A stretch of 64,000 bases of DNA from Candidatus Marinacidobacterales bacterium (GTDB taxonomy: Bacteria > Acidobacteriota > Vicinamibacteria > Marinacidobacterales > DATDRI01), in the NCBI GenBank assembly GCA_965219415.1, contig OZ244742.1:736001-800000 (forward strand), in the 5' to 3' direction. Of this stretch, positions 32,145-41,671 are shown in pieces. Position 1 is the first letter of the stretch; every line of letters begins with the position of its first letter. A model generated the notes under the pieces. The model saw nothing but the letters and a program-made list of their open reading frames with translations, was not told the DNA's origin and searched no databases. Made by a program: the position numbers and the translations under genes.

Positions 32145-32903
32145 TCAGGCGGTAAGAACCGTCCCCCCGTCTGGGCGGCCGATACCGCTGACCCCGACGA
32201 TGCGGACCCGCGGCACACCCGATCGAAGGGCCCAAATGGCGGTCTCGAGCTTGGGCCGCATTCCGTCGGTGGCGATTCCCCGCGAGATGAGGCGCTCGGT
32301 TCCGGCAAGGTCGAGGCCCTGAATGATCGACTGGTTCCCTTCCCTCACCCCGCCACTATCGGTAACCTGAACCAACTCGTCGGCACCGATCTCGGCCGCC
32401 ACTCGAGCCGCGACGGTATCGGCGTTGATGTTGAAGAGTGTGCCGTCGTTTCCACCCGCGATCGACGGAATGACGGGAATGTCTCTTCGCTCTAAGGCCG
32501 CTCGTATCGACCCCACCTCGATCCGCTCGATGTCACCCACCAACCCGAAGTCGATGGTCTCACCGTCAATCTGGAGCGGCGCTCGGCGTCGTGCTCGGAG
32601 CACGGAGGGTCCGGCGATACCCACTGCCGGCACCCCGGACGCGACAAGCGTACCGACTAAGCGGTTATGAACGAGGCCGGCCAGAACCATCAACACCACG
32701 TCCAGAGTCGCTTCATCCGTGACGCGCCGCCCGGCGACCTTCTGAGTGGAGATACCAAGTCGACAAGCCATGGCCGACACCTGCGGTCCTCCGCCGTGCA
32801 CGACAACGCGAGGCGTGTCCGTCGCGGCGAGCACCGACGCGATCTGTGGCAGGTCCTCTGCGAGTGACGCCCCGCCCAGCTTGATCACTTGTACCGATTG
32901 CAT
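32145..32903 (-). CDS. argB: Acetylglutamate kinase
   Basis: Start MQSVQVIKLGG (32903), VVHGGGPQ, GRRVTD, NINAD, GMRPKL. Confidence 0.92.
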   Translation of the reverse strand: MQSVQVIKLGGASLAEDLPQIASVLAATDTPRVVVHGGGPQVSAMACRLGISTQKVAGRRVTDEATLDVVLMVLAGLVHNRLVGTLVASGVPAVGIAGPSVLRARRRAPLQIDGETIDFGLVGDIERIEVGSIRAALERRDIPVIPSIAGGNDGTLFNINADTVAARVAAEIGADELVQVTDSGGVREGNQSIIQGLDLAGTERLISRGIATDGMRPKLETAIWALRSGVPRVRIVGVSGIGRPDGGTVLTA

Positions 32904-32911
32904 CGTCTCCC

Positions 32912-33922
32912 CTACGGGAGTACCCCAACCGGCCACGAGAGCCCCGTCTCTTCGGGTAGGCCGATAGCGAGGTTCATGCACTGGATGGCCTGCGAAGCGG
33001 CGCCCTTGAGCAAATTGTCGATGGCCACGAAGGCCGTCGCTTGCCCCGAACGTACCGACACCGAAACGGCAGCCCTCGGTGTACCGATAACGTCGGTCAG
33101 CTGAGGCGGTTGCTCTTGAACTCGAACGAAAGACTCTTCCTGGAAACGGCGGCGATAAATGTCGAGGAGGCCCACCGACGGATCGGTCGGAAAAAAGACG
33201 GTTGCGTAAATACCGCGAACCAACGGTGCGGAATGAACTTGCAGTTCGAGGGGATACTTCTTCGCGTTCAACTCCGCCAGCGCCGATTCGATTTCCAGCT
33301 GATGGCGGTGGCCGTTCGGTTGGTAGGCGAAGAAATTGAGCGCACGGTCCGGATGATGTGTCTTGGCCGCCGGCCGGTGACCGGAGCCGGAGGAGCCGGT
33401 GACCGCGGAGATCCAAGGAGCGCCGAGCACCACCTTGGCTTCCAGCGCGGGGATGAGGCCCACCGAGGCCGCGGTGGCGAAGCAACCGGGTACCGCGATA
33501 CGGTGCGCTTCGCGGATGCGGGAACGGTTCAACTCCGGAAGCCCGTAGACGAAGTCCTGCTGAAAATCCCAGGCCGAGTGCGGCCCGTAAGTCCCTTCGG
33601 CGCGTTCCCGATCGTCGATGCGAAAGTCTGCCGACAAGTCAATGACGCGAAGCTCTTTGGGGATCGAAGCGATGCGTTTCGACGATTCGCCATGAGGTAG
33701 AGCGAGGAAGAGAAGATCGAGGTCTTCGAGTTGTTCTGGCTCGAGCCCCTTCAGCAATCGCAACGAGCTGGCACCGAAACGCGGCCGAAGCTCGGCAAGC
33801 TCCTCGCCACCGGCCTGTCCCGCGGTGGCCGCCACGAGCTCCGCCTCGGGATGATGAAACAATAGACTCAATAGCTCGCCACCGACGTAGCCGGACGCGC
33901 CTTCGACAGCGACACGTATCAT
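32912..33922 (-). CDS. argC: N-acetyl-gamma-glutamyl-phosphate reductase
   Basis: GASGYVG, LALPHG, IDLSADFR, VYGLPE, PGCFAT, DNLLKGA; start at ATG 33922. Confidence 0.95.
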   Translation of the reverse strand: MIRVAVEGASGYVGGELLSLLFHHPEAELVAATAGQAGGEELAELRPRFGASSLRLLKGLEPEQLEDLDLLFLALPHGESSKRIASIPKELRVIDLSADFRIDDRERAEGTYGPHSAWDFQQDFVYGLPELNRSRIREAHRIAVPGCFATAASVGLIPALEAKVVLGAPWISAVTGSSGSGHRPAAKTHHPDRALNFFAYQPNGHRHQLEIESALAELNAKKYPLELQVHSAPLVRGIYATVFFPTDPSVGLLDIYRRRFQEESFVRVQEQPPQLTDVIGTPRAAVSVSVRSGQATAFVAIDNLLKGAASQAIQCMNLAIGLPEETGLSWPVGVLP

Positions 33923-34962
33923 GATCGTTCGAGTGCCGACACCTTCGGCTGGATCGCGTCGAAGAGTTGACGACCATCCGTGCAAGCGTTGACCGCCGGC
34001 ACACCCAAGGTTTGCTCGAGCAATTGGCTCGAGGCAGGACTGTCCGTCACCGGGCCGGTGATGACGTCGGTGGTAAGGCCCCAGCGTCGCAAGAGCTCGA
34101 CACCGCCCCACGCACCCACGTGGTCAGATGCGCTCAGAACCAAGACTCGGATGGCTCGATTCAAAGACGGTTCTTGAAGAAGCCGATCCACGCCGTAGGG
34201 TCCCAAGATGCCGTCGCCCAGCTCGGCAACGATGAGGTCCGGGCTACTCTTGTTGAGATGATGCAAGAGCCCGTTGGCAAAGGAAGTCAGCTCCGGTTCG
34301 TCCACCGTCGAGGCCAAGCCTGCGTCGAGGAACGAGACCGCTTCGTACGCTCCTCTTTGTCTCATGCGCAGAACATCCCTAAGACAAGCGACTCCCGTTA
34401 GCTTCACCGCCGCGACGCGGAGCCCGACGGCGCTGGCGCTGGCCACGAGCTCGGTGGCGGCCCGGGTCTTCCCGGCGCTCATCGACGTGCCCACGACTGC
34501 CACCACCGGACAGATCGAGCCCAGCTCTCCCCGCCGAGGAATCGCGCTGCCAGTCATACAAAGGGGTTGTCCGTCTTGCCCGAGCCGATCGATGACCTCC
34601 ACCGGAGTCGGGACGCCAAGGTCCAAAAGGCCTCCGGTGAATCGCCCGACGATGCCACCCAAGCTGAGAATCGAAAGCCGATCGCCGGGACGCGCACTAT
34701 CTGGGGGGCTACCGACGAATCCGCGGAGCGCCTGCCGGCGCCCGGCAACGGCTACGAATTGGTCACCGCTTCGAAGGCTCACCGTGTCGCCGCTAGCTAG
34801 CTCGAGACTGTCGTAGGCGTTGTTGGGCTCCAGGACACGGACCAGCAGCGCTTCCCCGGCCCGCACGCGGCCCGGCCCGAGCCCTTCGGTTCGCTGGCCA
34901 AGCGGCAGGCGACATGCCGCCGAAGACACGTAGTCCCAGCTTATCGGGGTTCTCGCGCTCAC
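33919..34962 (-). CDS. DUF1611/DgcN-like P-loop protein, candidate alternative N-acetylglutamate synthase
   Basis: LELASG, GRRQALRGFVG, VVGTSMSAGKT, KLTGVACLRD, ELGDGILGPYG, ITGPVTD; probable GTG start 34962 downstream of the operator; ATGA-coupled to argC. Confidence 0.7.
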   Translation of the reverse strand: MSARTPISWDYVSSAACRLPLGQRTEGLGPGRVRAGEALLVRVLEPNNAYDSLELASGDTVSLRSGDQFVAVAGRRQALRGFVGSPPDSARPGDRLSILSLGGIVGRFTGGLLDLGVPTPVEVIDRLGQDGQPLCMTGSAIPRRGELGSICPVVAVVGTSMSAGKTRAATELVASASAVGLRVAAVKLTGVACLRDVLRMRQRGAYEAVSFLDAGLASTVDEPELTSFANGLLHHLNKSSPDLIVAELGDGILGPYGVDRLLQEPSLNRAIRVLVLSASDHVGAWGGVELLRRWGLTTDVITGPVTDSPASSQLLEQTLGVPAVNACTDGRQLFDAIQPKVSALERS

Positions 34963-34969
34963 GGTTGCG

Positions 34970-35027
34970 TTTGCATTATTATGCAGACTTACGGTATAAT
35001 TATCCACATTCGATCGGTATGGGTCAA
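34970..35027 (-). promoter_or_regulatory. sigma70 promoter overlapped by tandem ARG boxes
   Basis: ttTGCATTATTATGCAga (34970-87), 3-bp spacer, acGGTATAATTATCCAca (34991-35008); minus strand TTGACC-17-GATAAT. Confidence 0.82.
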
Positions 35028-35053
35028 GTGAATTAATAAAGGATAGGAGAAAG

Positions 35054-35512
35054 CTAGGACCTGGAGATCAGTTTCAGCCGCCGTTCCACGCGAGTCGCCT
35101 GCGGCTGATTCCGGCAGATAAGGAGGATGGTGTCGTCGCCGGCGATGGTTCCCATCACCTCGGACCATTGGGCCTGATCGATCCCGCGGGCCACACCCTG
35201 GGCGTTACCGGGGGGTGTCTTGACGACCAGAAGATTATTGCTCCGCTCAACACCTCTGACGAAAGCAGCCACCGCAGGAAACCCCCCCTGCCCGGAAAGC
35301 CCGGCGGCGGGCGTTCCCGCAACATAGCGATAGCCGCCCCGCCCGTCCGGCCCCTTCGCCACCCCGAGCGACTTGAGCTCGCGAGAAAGCGTTGCTTGAG
35401 TCAATTCCACGCCGCGTCGGCGAAGATCTTTGAGGAGCTCTTGTTGGGTGCGCACCGGTTTGCGCCCGATGACTCCGAGAATGATTTCCTGGCGGCGACT
35501 GCGTTCTGCCAT
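35054..35512 (-). CDS. argR: Arginine repressor
   Basis: TQQEL, TQATLSREL, KTPPGNA, GTIAGDDT. Confidence 0.95.
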   Translation of the reverse strand: MAERSRRQEIILGVIGRKPVRTQQELLKDLRRRGVELTQATLSRELKSLGVAKGPDGRGGYRYVAGTPAAGLSGQGGFPAVAAFVRGVERSNNLLVVKTPPGNAQGVARGIDQAQWSEVMGTIAGDDTILLICRNQPQATRVERRLKLISRS

Positions 35513-35639
35513 TTGTGTATCTCGCGAACGGCAAGGCTACCACGGAGAAGATCGCCGGGAAAGCCGAAGAGCCGCGGCGATGCCTCGGCAATGCCCAACG
35601 TAATGATAGACTACCCGCTCCCGTCTGCGAGGACCCACT

Positions 35640-35808
35640 TTGTCAGATCTCCGCATCGGCATCGATCTCGGTGGAACGAAGATCGAAGCCATCGTTTGAA
35701 TCCCAGTGTGGGGTCGCTATGTCTTCTCGGGACACCGTGGGGACCCGACTCGTGGGTGCCGGCCTCGGAGATTCAAGCGGCGTGCACGGTGCCGCCAGGC
35801 TTTGGTAG
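35640..35808 (+). pseudogene. ROK-family sugar kinase remnant with almost the whole middle deleted
   Basis: TTG start, LRIGIDLGGTKIEAIV, then directly the C-terminus YVFS-DTVGTRLV...GDSSGVHGAARLW*. Confidence 0.75.
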
Positions 35809-35816
35809 AACCCTTT

Positions 35817-35982
35817 CAGGCGTCAGTGGGGGGACGCCAAAATAGGAACGTGCCACTGACCGGACGTAGCCAGGCGTCGGTTGCTGCTTTGAACCGCGCC
35901 AGACGCCGGGTCAGATCCGGCGCCTTGCCACGTTGATTGGGAGCAGCATCCCATTTTGGCGCCCGCACGCACAACACGCCTG
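35817..35982. other. Long imperfect rod-like hairpin between convergent genes (ncRNA, MITE or terminator-like)
   Basis: Nested complementary arms CAGGCGT/ACGCCTG, CGCCAAAAT/ATTTTGGCG, ACGTG/CACGT, TGACC/GGTCA, GGCGtCGGTT/AACCGCGCC. Confidence 0.45.
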
Positions 35983-37407
35983 CACTTTTTTGTATCTGCC
36001 CCCTTGTGACTGACCCTGAATAACTGGCGGCAGTTCAGGAAGAGCCGGCTGAGTTTTGAATGAACTCAGCGGCACGCACGCCCGAAGCTATGGCGCCGTT
36101 CATCGACGCCGTTTCGGTGTGCTCGCCGGCGAAAAAGACACGGCCCTCGGGTTTGCGAGCGATGGCGCGGAAATCTTTCTGCCCCACTCCGCGGAACGAA
36201 TAACTCCCCCTTGCCCAACGATCCTCGTTCCAGTATTTCACTGCCGCACCCTCCCAAGAGGTGGGAGCCTCCGGCCAGACCTTAGTCACCTCCGCAAGGG
36301 CAGTTCGACGCCGGCCCTCGTCGGACAACAGTCCGAGCCGCTCGGCGTCGGCACCTGAGGTGAAGCTCATCAGGATCCCGCGTGGCCCGGGCTGATCGAT
36401 CGAGGTGTCGTAGACGCGGCGGAGCTTCGTATCGGTGAAGACGCGTTGCCCGATGCTCCCAGGCTCGTCCCAGAAGCGGCGCTTGTATTGCATCGCCACC
36501 TTCATGACCTGGCCGTAAGACATCGTGCGGATGACATTCATTTTTTCGAAGCCAAAGGCCGGCGTGATTTCGATATCGCGAAGTACCTTGAGTGGAATCG
36601 CGACAACGAGCCATTGGCGCGCGCATCGAGCGCACCGCCCCACGCTCTTTGAACCAAACTTCCCCACCCCCAACATCGTGCGCGATCCGTAGCACCGGAC
36701 GGCGGTAGAGAATCTTTTCGGAGAGCCTGCGAGCGAAGGCTTTGGGAAGCTGATCGTTTCCGCCGAAAATTCTTCCCTCGTCGACGTCTTCGTTGAAGAA
36801 TCCAGCGGAGGCATGAGCTCTCACCATGCTAAGGGCCGACATTTCGTGAGGCCGCGCGGTCGACTCGGTCGCGTTTAAGTATGTGTAGAGGGCAATGATG
36901 TCTTCCGGTGCACCCTTGTCGAGCAGAAGCTCGACGACCGAGAGGTTGTCCAACTTGAGGATCTTGAGGATCTCGGGCGGTAGGTTGTCACGGTCTTCGA
37001 TCTGCGCCACCAGGTCCTTCGTGTACTGCATTTCCTGACCGAAGAGTCTACCCGGCTGCGCTCCCTGGTACGGGAGATTCACCCCACTGCTCTTGAGAGC
37101 CTCCATCGAGATTCTTTTGCCGCGGACGAAGATGCCGTCGTATAGCTTGGCGGTCAGGACTTTGAGCCCGAACTCCCTGCAATACTTGTGGTCGAACTCG
37201 TCGGAGGCATCGACGTACTCGGCCCCCATCTCCGCGTATAGCCCGTCGGCGAAAGGGTCACGATAGGTTCGCACCCTTCCACCCGGCCTCGAGCGCGCCT
37301 CGAGCACCGTCACACCGAAACCCGCCTTGTCGAGCTCGTAGGCGGCCGCCAACCCCGCGAGACCGGCCCCGAGAACTGGGCTTGATCCGGTTTCGTAGAC
37401 GGTTTAG

Positions 37408-38270
37408 TTAAGCTGGCGAAGTCCTCATCCGTCGTTCAAACTCGGCCGGACTGACCTGGCCGAGGGTCGAGTGTCGTCGTCTCTGGTTGTAGAATACCTC
37501 GATGAAGTCGAAGAGGGCCATCTTGGCCTCGCCGCAACTGAGGAAATGCTCCCCAAGCTTGTGCTTGACCGTGGAGAACCAGCTCTCGATGACGGCGTTG
37601 TCGTAGCAGTTGCCCCGTCGGCTCATGCTCCCGGTCATGCCATGCGTCTCAAGGAGACGTTGGTAGTCTTTGCTGGCATACGGACTGCCCTGATCGGAGT
37701 GATGCAAGAGCCCCGCGGCCGGTTGGCGACGTTTCAGTGCCATCCGCAACGCCTTGATAACCAGGTGACGGTCGTTAATAGCACTTACGGCCCACCCAAC
37801 GAGGAATCGCGAGTAGAGGTCGAGGAGCGCCGCGAGATAAAGCTTCCCGCCGCTGCCGATCACGAACTCGGTCGTGTCCCCGACCCACCGTTGGTTCGGC
37901 GCATCGGCGACGAAGTCTTGCCCGAGCACATTGGCCGCGACGGGCTGGCCATGACCGCTTACCGTCGTGCGCTTGAAGCGTTTGCGTACTCGAGCAATGA
38001 GGCCTTCTGCCTGTTTCAACCGAATCACCCGCTTCCGACTCACTCGATACCCCTGCTCGTGCAGGTCGTGATAAATCCGCGGACTCCCATAGGTGCGGCG
38101 ACTCGCCTCATGGGAGGCACGAATCAACACGCGCAACTGGCGGTCCCGGCGCGCGTGGGCCGACGGCGGCCGACGTACCCAGGCATAAAAGCCACTCCGA
38201 GAGACGTTGAGAATCTGACACAGGTGAACGACCGGTACGGTGGCCTTCTCCGCCTGGATGAACGCGAATC
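37408..38270 (-). CDS. IS3 transposase OrfB (DDE), reached by -1 frameshift
   Basis: YGSPRI, WVGDTT, HHSDQGSPY, GNCYDNAVIES, FYNQRRRHS; slippery A AAA AAG at the end of orfA. Confidence 0.92.
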
Positions 38271-38588
38271 TTACTCGCTCTCCTTCGCGAAGAAGGCCGC
38301 GGCTTTTTTTAAAACGTCGCGCTCCACCCGCAACCGCCGATTCTCTTTGCGGAGCCGCCGAAGCTCCTCGCGTTCCACGCCCGTCAAGCCCGTCCGGCCC
38401 TTCGTCCGATCGGCCCGGGCCTGACGGACCCAGTTGCGAAACGCCGATTCGGTGAGGTCAAGCTCCCGGGCCACCCGACCCACGCTCTGGCCCTCATCAA
38501 GCACCAGCCGGACCGCGCCTGCCTTAAACTCGTCATCAAACTCCCGGCGGGGTCGCCGGGGCTGCGTTGTCTTTGCCATTGTGAACAT
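38271..38588 (-). CDS. IS3 transposase OrfA
   Basis: FDDEFKAGAVRL HTH, ELRRLRKENRRL coiled coil, LKKAAAFF. Confidence 0.92.
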   Translation of the reverse strand: MFTMAKTTQPRRPRREFDDEFKAGAVRLVLDEGQSVGRVARELDLTESAFRNWVRQARADRTKGRTGLTGVEREELRRLRKENRRLRVERDVLKKAAAFFAKESE

Positions 38589-38965
38589 CGTATCCGCCTT
38601 TCAGAAAGTGTCCACGAAACTGGATCAAGCCCAAACCAGTACTTCTTTTCGATGAGCCTGCCTGCCGCCCGAGTGCTCCGTGCGCGAACGAGGGGCTCCA
38701 AGCGGCGACGCTGAATGCGCCGGCAGACCGCCGCAAGAACGCTCTCCGATCAATGGGTCTTCTGTCCCCGTTGCTCATGGCTTCCCCCTGGAACGAGGCT
38801 CGAACCTAACACAACTCCAGGGTAGTGGAGTCGTCGAAGAGTTTGAACATCATGAGTAAGCCGCGGCGACACCATACACGGAGACAAAAGGAAACTGGGT
38901 GCAATGAGTAACTTAGATCAACTTAGAGGACGTAAGGAGGACCGACAGTAGCCCGACCCGGGTTG

Positions 38966-39563
38966 CTACTTGTTCAAGTGCATATTGGTCAAATGCACGG
39001 GCTCTCGCGTCGCGCTTTGTTAGCAGCAGTCGTTGTTTCTCTTTGTCATAGCCGACTTTGAGTGCCACGTATACGATACCGGTTCCCTTCTCTCCCCCGG
39101 GAAGCTCGAGTCGGAGCGCCGAGATATTGTATTTCTTGAACTCGGGATCTTCCTTGCCACGCATCGGCCGATCCGTCACCAAGACGATGATCGTCTTGCC
39201 GTTCTCGGTCGTCTTGCGCGCGTAGCGGGTGACTATGCGCGGCAAACCGCCGACGGTATCGGACGCCGTCTGCGAGTGGACGAATCCGGTCTCTTTTTGG
39301 CCATGGATAGCCTTCACGAACGCCTCGTGTCCCCCGTCCGCGAGTGCCTTGAATAGTTCGGCTCGCTCATCCTCGGTCGACCATCGATCGATGGTAACTC
39401 GAACAGTAGCGGAGTTGTTCAGGGCGTCGCGGCTCTTGTTGATCAAGAAGCCGCTGTAGACCTCTCTCTCATCTTCCGCTATCGCATGAGCGGTTATCGC
39501 GAAGAAAAGTATCGCTAACGCCGAAGTCACATATGAGAACATCCTCTTTCGCTGCACGAACAT
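38966..39563 (-). CDS. Hypothetical exported protein, probable frameshift near 39015
   Basis: Signal peptide, VTIDRWST.DER, LVTDRP; an alternative frame gives the terminus EPVHLTNMHLNK*. Confidence 0.55.
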
Positions 39564-39572
39564 GGCCCCTCC

Positions 39573-40982
39573 TTATAAACCCAGCAGTGTCGGAAGCTCT
39601 ACCTCCAACGCACTCTCGGCTTCTTGTTGCGTCTCTCCGAGGGCGATGACGTCGATCTTACCCGCGCCGGCCATCGGACCCACATTATAGAAGATAAACC
39701 GGCCGCGACGCCATCCCGCATCATAGAGCGAGTCACCGACACGGTCGAGGACGTCTTCGAACGCGGCGCCGACTAGCTCGGGGTGCACGAAGTCCTGTGC
39801 ACGATACGGCGGCCGAGGAGTCCCGACAAGACGATCCACCAGGTGCATAGGGATGCTGGTGCCTCCCCAGCGCCCGTTACATTCGACGAACCTTACCCGG
39901 CAATCGCCCTCAGGATCCCCTACGACTAACAGATCGAAGGAGCACCTTCCCACGTAACCCAGGTCTTGGAAGGCCGTCGCGATCTCGAGCGACGCGTCAC
40001 CGATACGTTGATTGAGCGCCGTTGAAAGAGTCGACGGCCGACTGCCCATGAATACACTCGTGCCGGGTGTAAGAATTTGTTCGTAGATCCCCTCTAGCCG
40101 CGGCGCGCCCATGCCGACAGGTGGAAGCCACAACTGCGTCGAGGGGGTGACATTCGTTTGCTCCCAACCGACGGCCAGTACCGTTTCCTTGCCATCCCAT
40201 TGGGTGCGATCCAAAAAAGAACGGACGTCCTTCTCGACGGAGGAGGCACTCCGCCCGGCGAGGGCGGCAGCCTCCAAAACCAAGTTCCCCATTCCGGAAG
40301 CGCACCGGGCGCGTTTGAGCGCGATGAGGCGGTGGGTCTCGGCGAGCTCCAGAAGGTGGCTCGCCAGTCCGGCGGGGTTCGTCGTCATACGCGTATCGAC
40401 CAACCAGTCCTCACCGAGTACGACGCCAACCACTTCGCTGAAGAGCGCCTTGTCGTTCGCCAGCTCGGTTATCGGCGGAGGTGGCCCGATAACCGTCACG
40501 ATGTTTCCGGTTTCATGTCGAATGCGGCCGGCTAATTCCCAGACCGGCTCGATACTCATGTACGGGTGGATCACGAGCCCCGCTGGACGAGCACATTCGA
40601 CGAGACGTTGAAAGGCCGCGCCCTCACTGCAAGTCCGGGTCACCGCGATGGGACTCGTCACGACATCGGCAACCATCCCGTCTGGGCTGCCGAGCTGAAG
40701 CCGCTCACGACAATAGTCCTCATAGCCGGCGACCGGTTGAGTAACGGACGCAAATAGATCTCCGTCCCCCGCGCGCACTCGAGCCCGGTGCTGATATTCT
40801 TCGACTCCTGAAATCTCATCCAAGAAGGGAATTTCGGAGACGTCATCGAGGTAAAGCGTCGGTCGGTTGTCTACTTGACCAAACCACCTCCGATCCTGGT
40901 AGGGCGCGAGCTTTTCTTCGAGGCCGAGCCTCTCCCCGATGGACCGAACCGCGGCGCGCGCGTGAGCCCAACGAACCGTCAT
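39573..40982 (-). CDS. ATP-grasp ligase with pre-ATP-grasp domain (peptide-ligase-like)
   Basis: ELANDKALF, LKRARCASGMGN, PSTQLW, YEQIL, GYVGRCSFDL, FVECNGRWGGTS; start ATG 40982 with SD. Confidence 0.75.
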   Translation of the reverse strand: MTVRWAHARAAVRSIGERLGLEEKLAPYQDRRWFGQVDNRPTLYLDDVSEIPFLDEISGVEEYQHRARVRAGDGDLFASVTQPVAGYEDYCRERLQLGSPDGMVADVVTSPIAVTRTCSEGAAFQRLVECARPAGLVIHPYMSIEPVWELAGRIRHETGNIVTVIGPPPPITELANDKALFSEVVGVVLGEDWLVDTRMTTNPAGLASHLLELAETHRLIALKRARCASGMGNLVLEAAALAGRSASSVEKDVRSFLDRTQWDGKETVLAVGWEQTNVTPSTQLWLPPVGMGAPRLEGIYEQILTPGTSVFMGSRPSTLSTALNQRIGDASLEIATAFQDLGYVGRCSFDLLVVGDPEGDCRVRFVECNGRWGGTSIPMHLVDRLVGTPRPPYRAQDFVHPELVGAAFEDVLDRVGDSLYDAGWRRGRFIFYNVGPMAGAGKIDVIALGETQQEAESALEVELPTLLGL

Positions 40983-41110
40983 TCTTCCCCTTTGGAGAAG
41001 TGTCGATAGAGAAGGAACGCGCCGGCCCAAAACCAGTTTAAGAGCGTGAACGTGACCACCGCAGGGATTGTAGCGGCCTCCGGAGTCGAGTGGCAACGAA
41101 CGGATGTTGC

Positions 41111-41353
41111 CTAGTCTTCACTCCGGAAAAACTCGCTGACCATGCCCACGACGAAAAGCGAACCAAAGATCAGAAGGAACGGACCAACCGCAACGAACAG
41201 GTAGTAGTACCAGGGGAAATCGTTCGTAAAGAGAAAGAGGGCCCCGGCGGACAGCAAACCGAACAAGACAAGAGCCGCTGGAAGCTCGATGGGAGCAAAG
41301 CCCGATTGCCGCATTTGTCGACTTCGTGCCCTTTGAAGAAGGAGGCTAGCCAA
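41111..41353 (-). CDS. Small two-helix membrane protein
   Basis: ORF with two hydrophobic segments; no recognisable family. Confidence 0.45.
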   Translation of the reverse strand: MASLLLQRARSRQMRQSGFAPIELPAALVLFGLLSAGALFLFTNDFPWYYYLFVAVGPFLLIFGSLFVVGMVSEFFRSED

Positions 41354-41671
41354 TTCTCACCTATGTCCCCGAACGTTCTATGAGTGATGTTCCCGGGCCC
41401 TCAATCAACGGCCCATCCTCTTTTCGTCGCTCCGTCAGTACGATGAAAGTCTGTTCCGGTAAGAAAATCGGCGGAGCTGGTTTGCGCTTGGTGTCGTGAT
41501 TCATCCTACCCTGAGCGCTCCGCGTCAGCTTGTCTGTCTAGCAGAACCCGAGATAAGAGCTCCCTTTCGAAACGGCATACGGTTCTTTTTTCATCGCTTG
41601 CGCGAAGCGCACGTCGTTGATGCCGCAAATGGGTCATTCACGCAGAGAACGTTCGTACTCATCAATATAAT

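Larger units (their letters stand above)
37377..38633 (-). mobile_element. IS3-family insertion sequence (1257 bp)
   Basis: IRs TGGGCTTGATCC(G/A)GTTTCGT(A/G)GAC, TG...CA ends, 3-bp target duplication AAC (37374-76 and 38634-36). Confidence 0.95.
36035..38778 (-). pseudogene. Tat-exported flavin monoamine/L-amino-acid oxidase, interrupted by IS3 and frameshifted
   Basis: DRRAFLRR Tat leader (38778); VLV/LGAGLAGL split by the IS; EARSRPGGRV, AEMGAE, FFAGEHT, MNGAIASG; frameshifts near 38650 and 36620. Confidence 0.88.

Noticed and set aside
34963-35007. N-terminal extension MDNYTVSLHNN in the ORF track
   Set aside because: It overlaps the -10 element and ARG boxes, so it is non-coding.
35800-35812. 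TGGTAGAAC as an extended -10 promoter
   Set aside because: It is the Trp and stop codons of the ROK remnant.
35905-35952. Resemblance to SRP RNA helix 8 (TCAGATCCGG...GGGAGCAGC)
   Set aside because: No GNRA tetraloop, since a long insert separates the arms, and the segment pairs differently in the rod fold.
41360-41630. Possible second attC after the YrhB-like cassette
   Set aside because: CATCAAC does not fit RYYYAAC, and no L boxes or matching R' could be paired.
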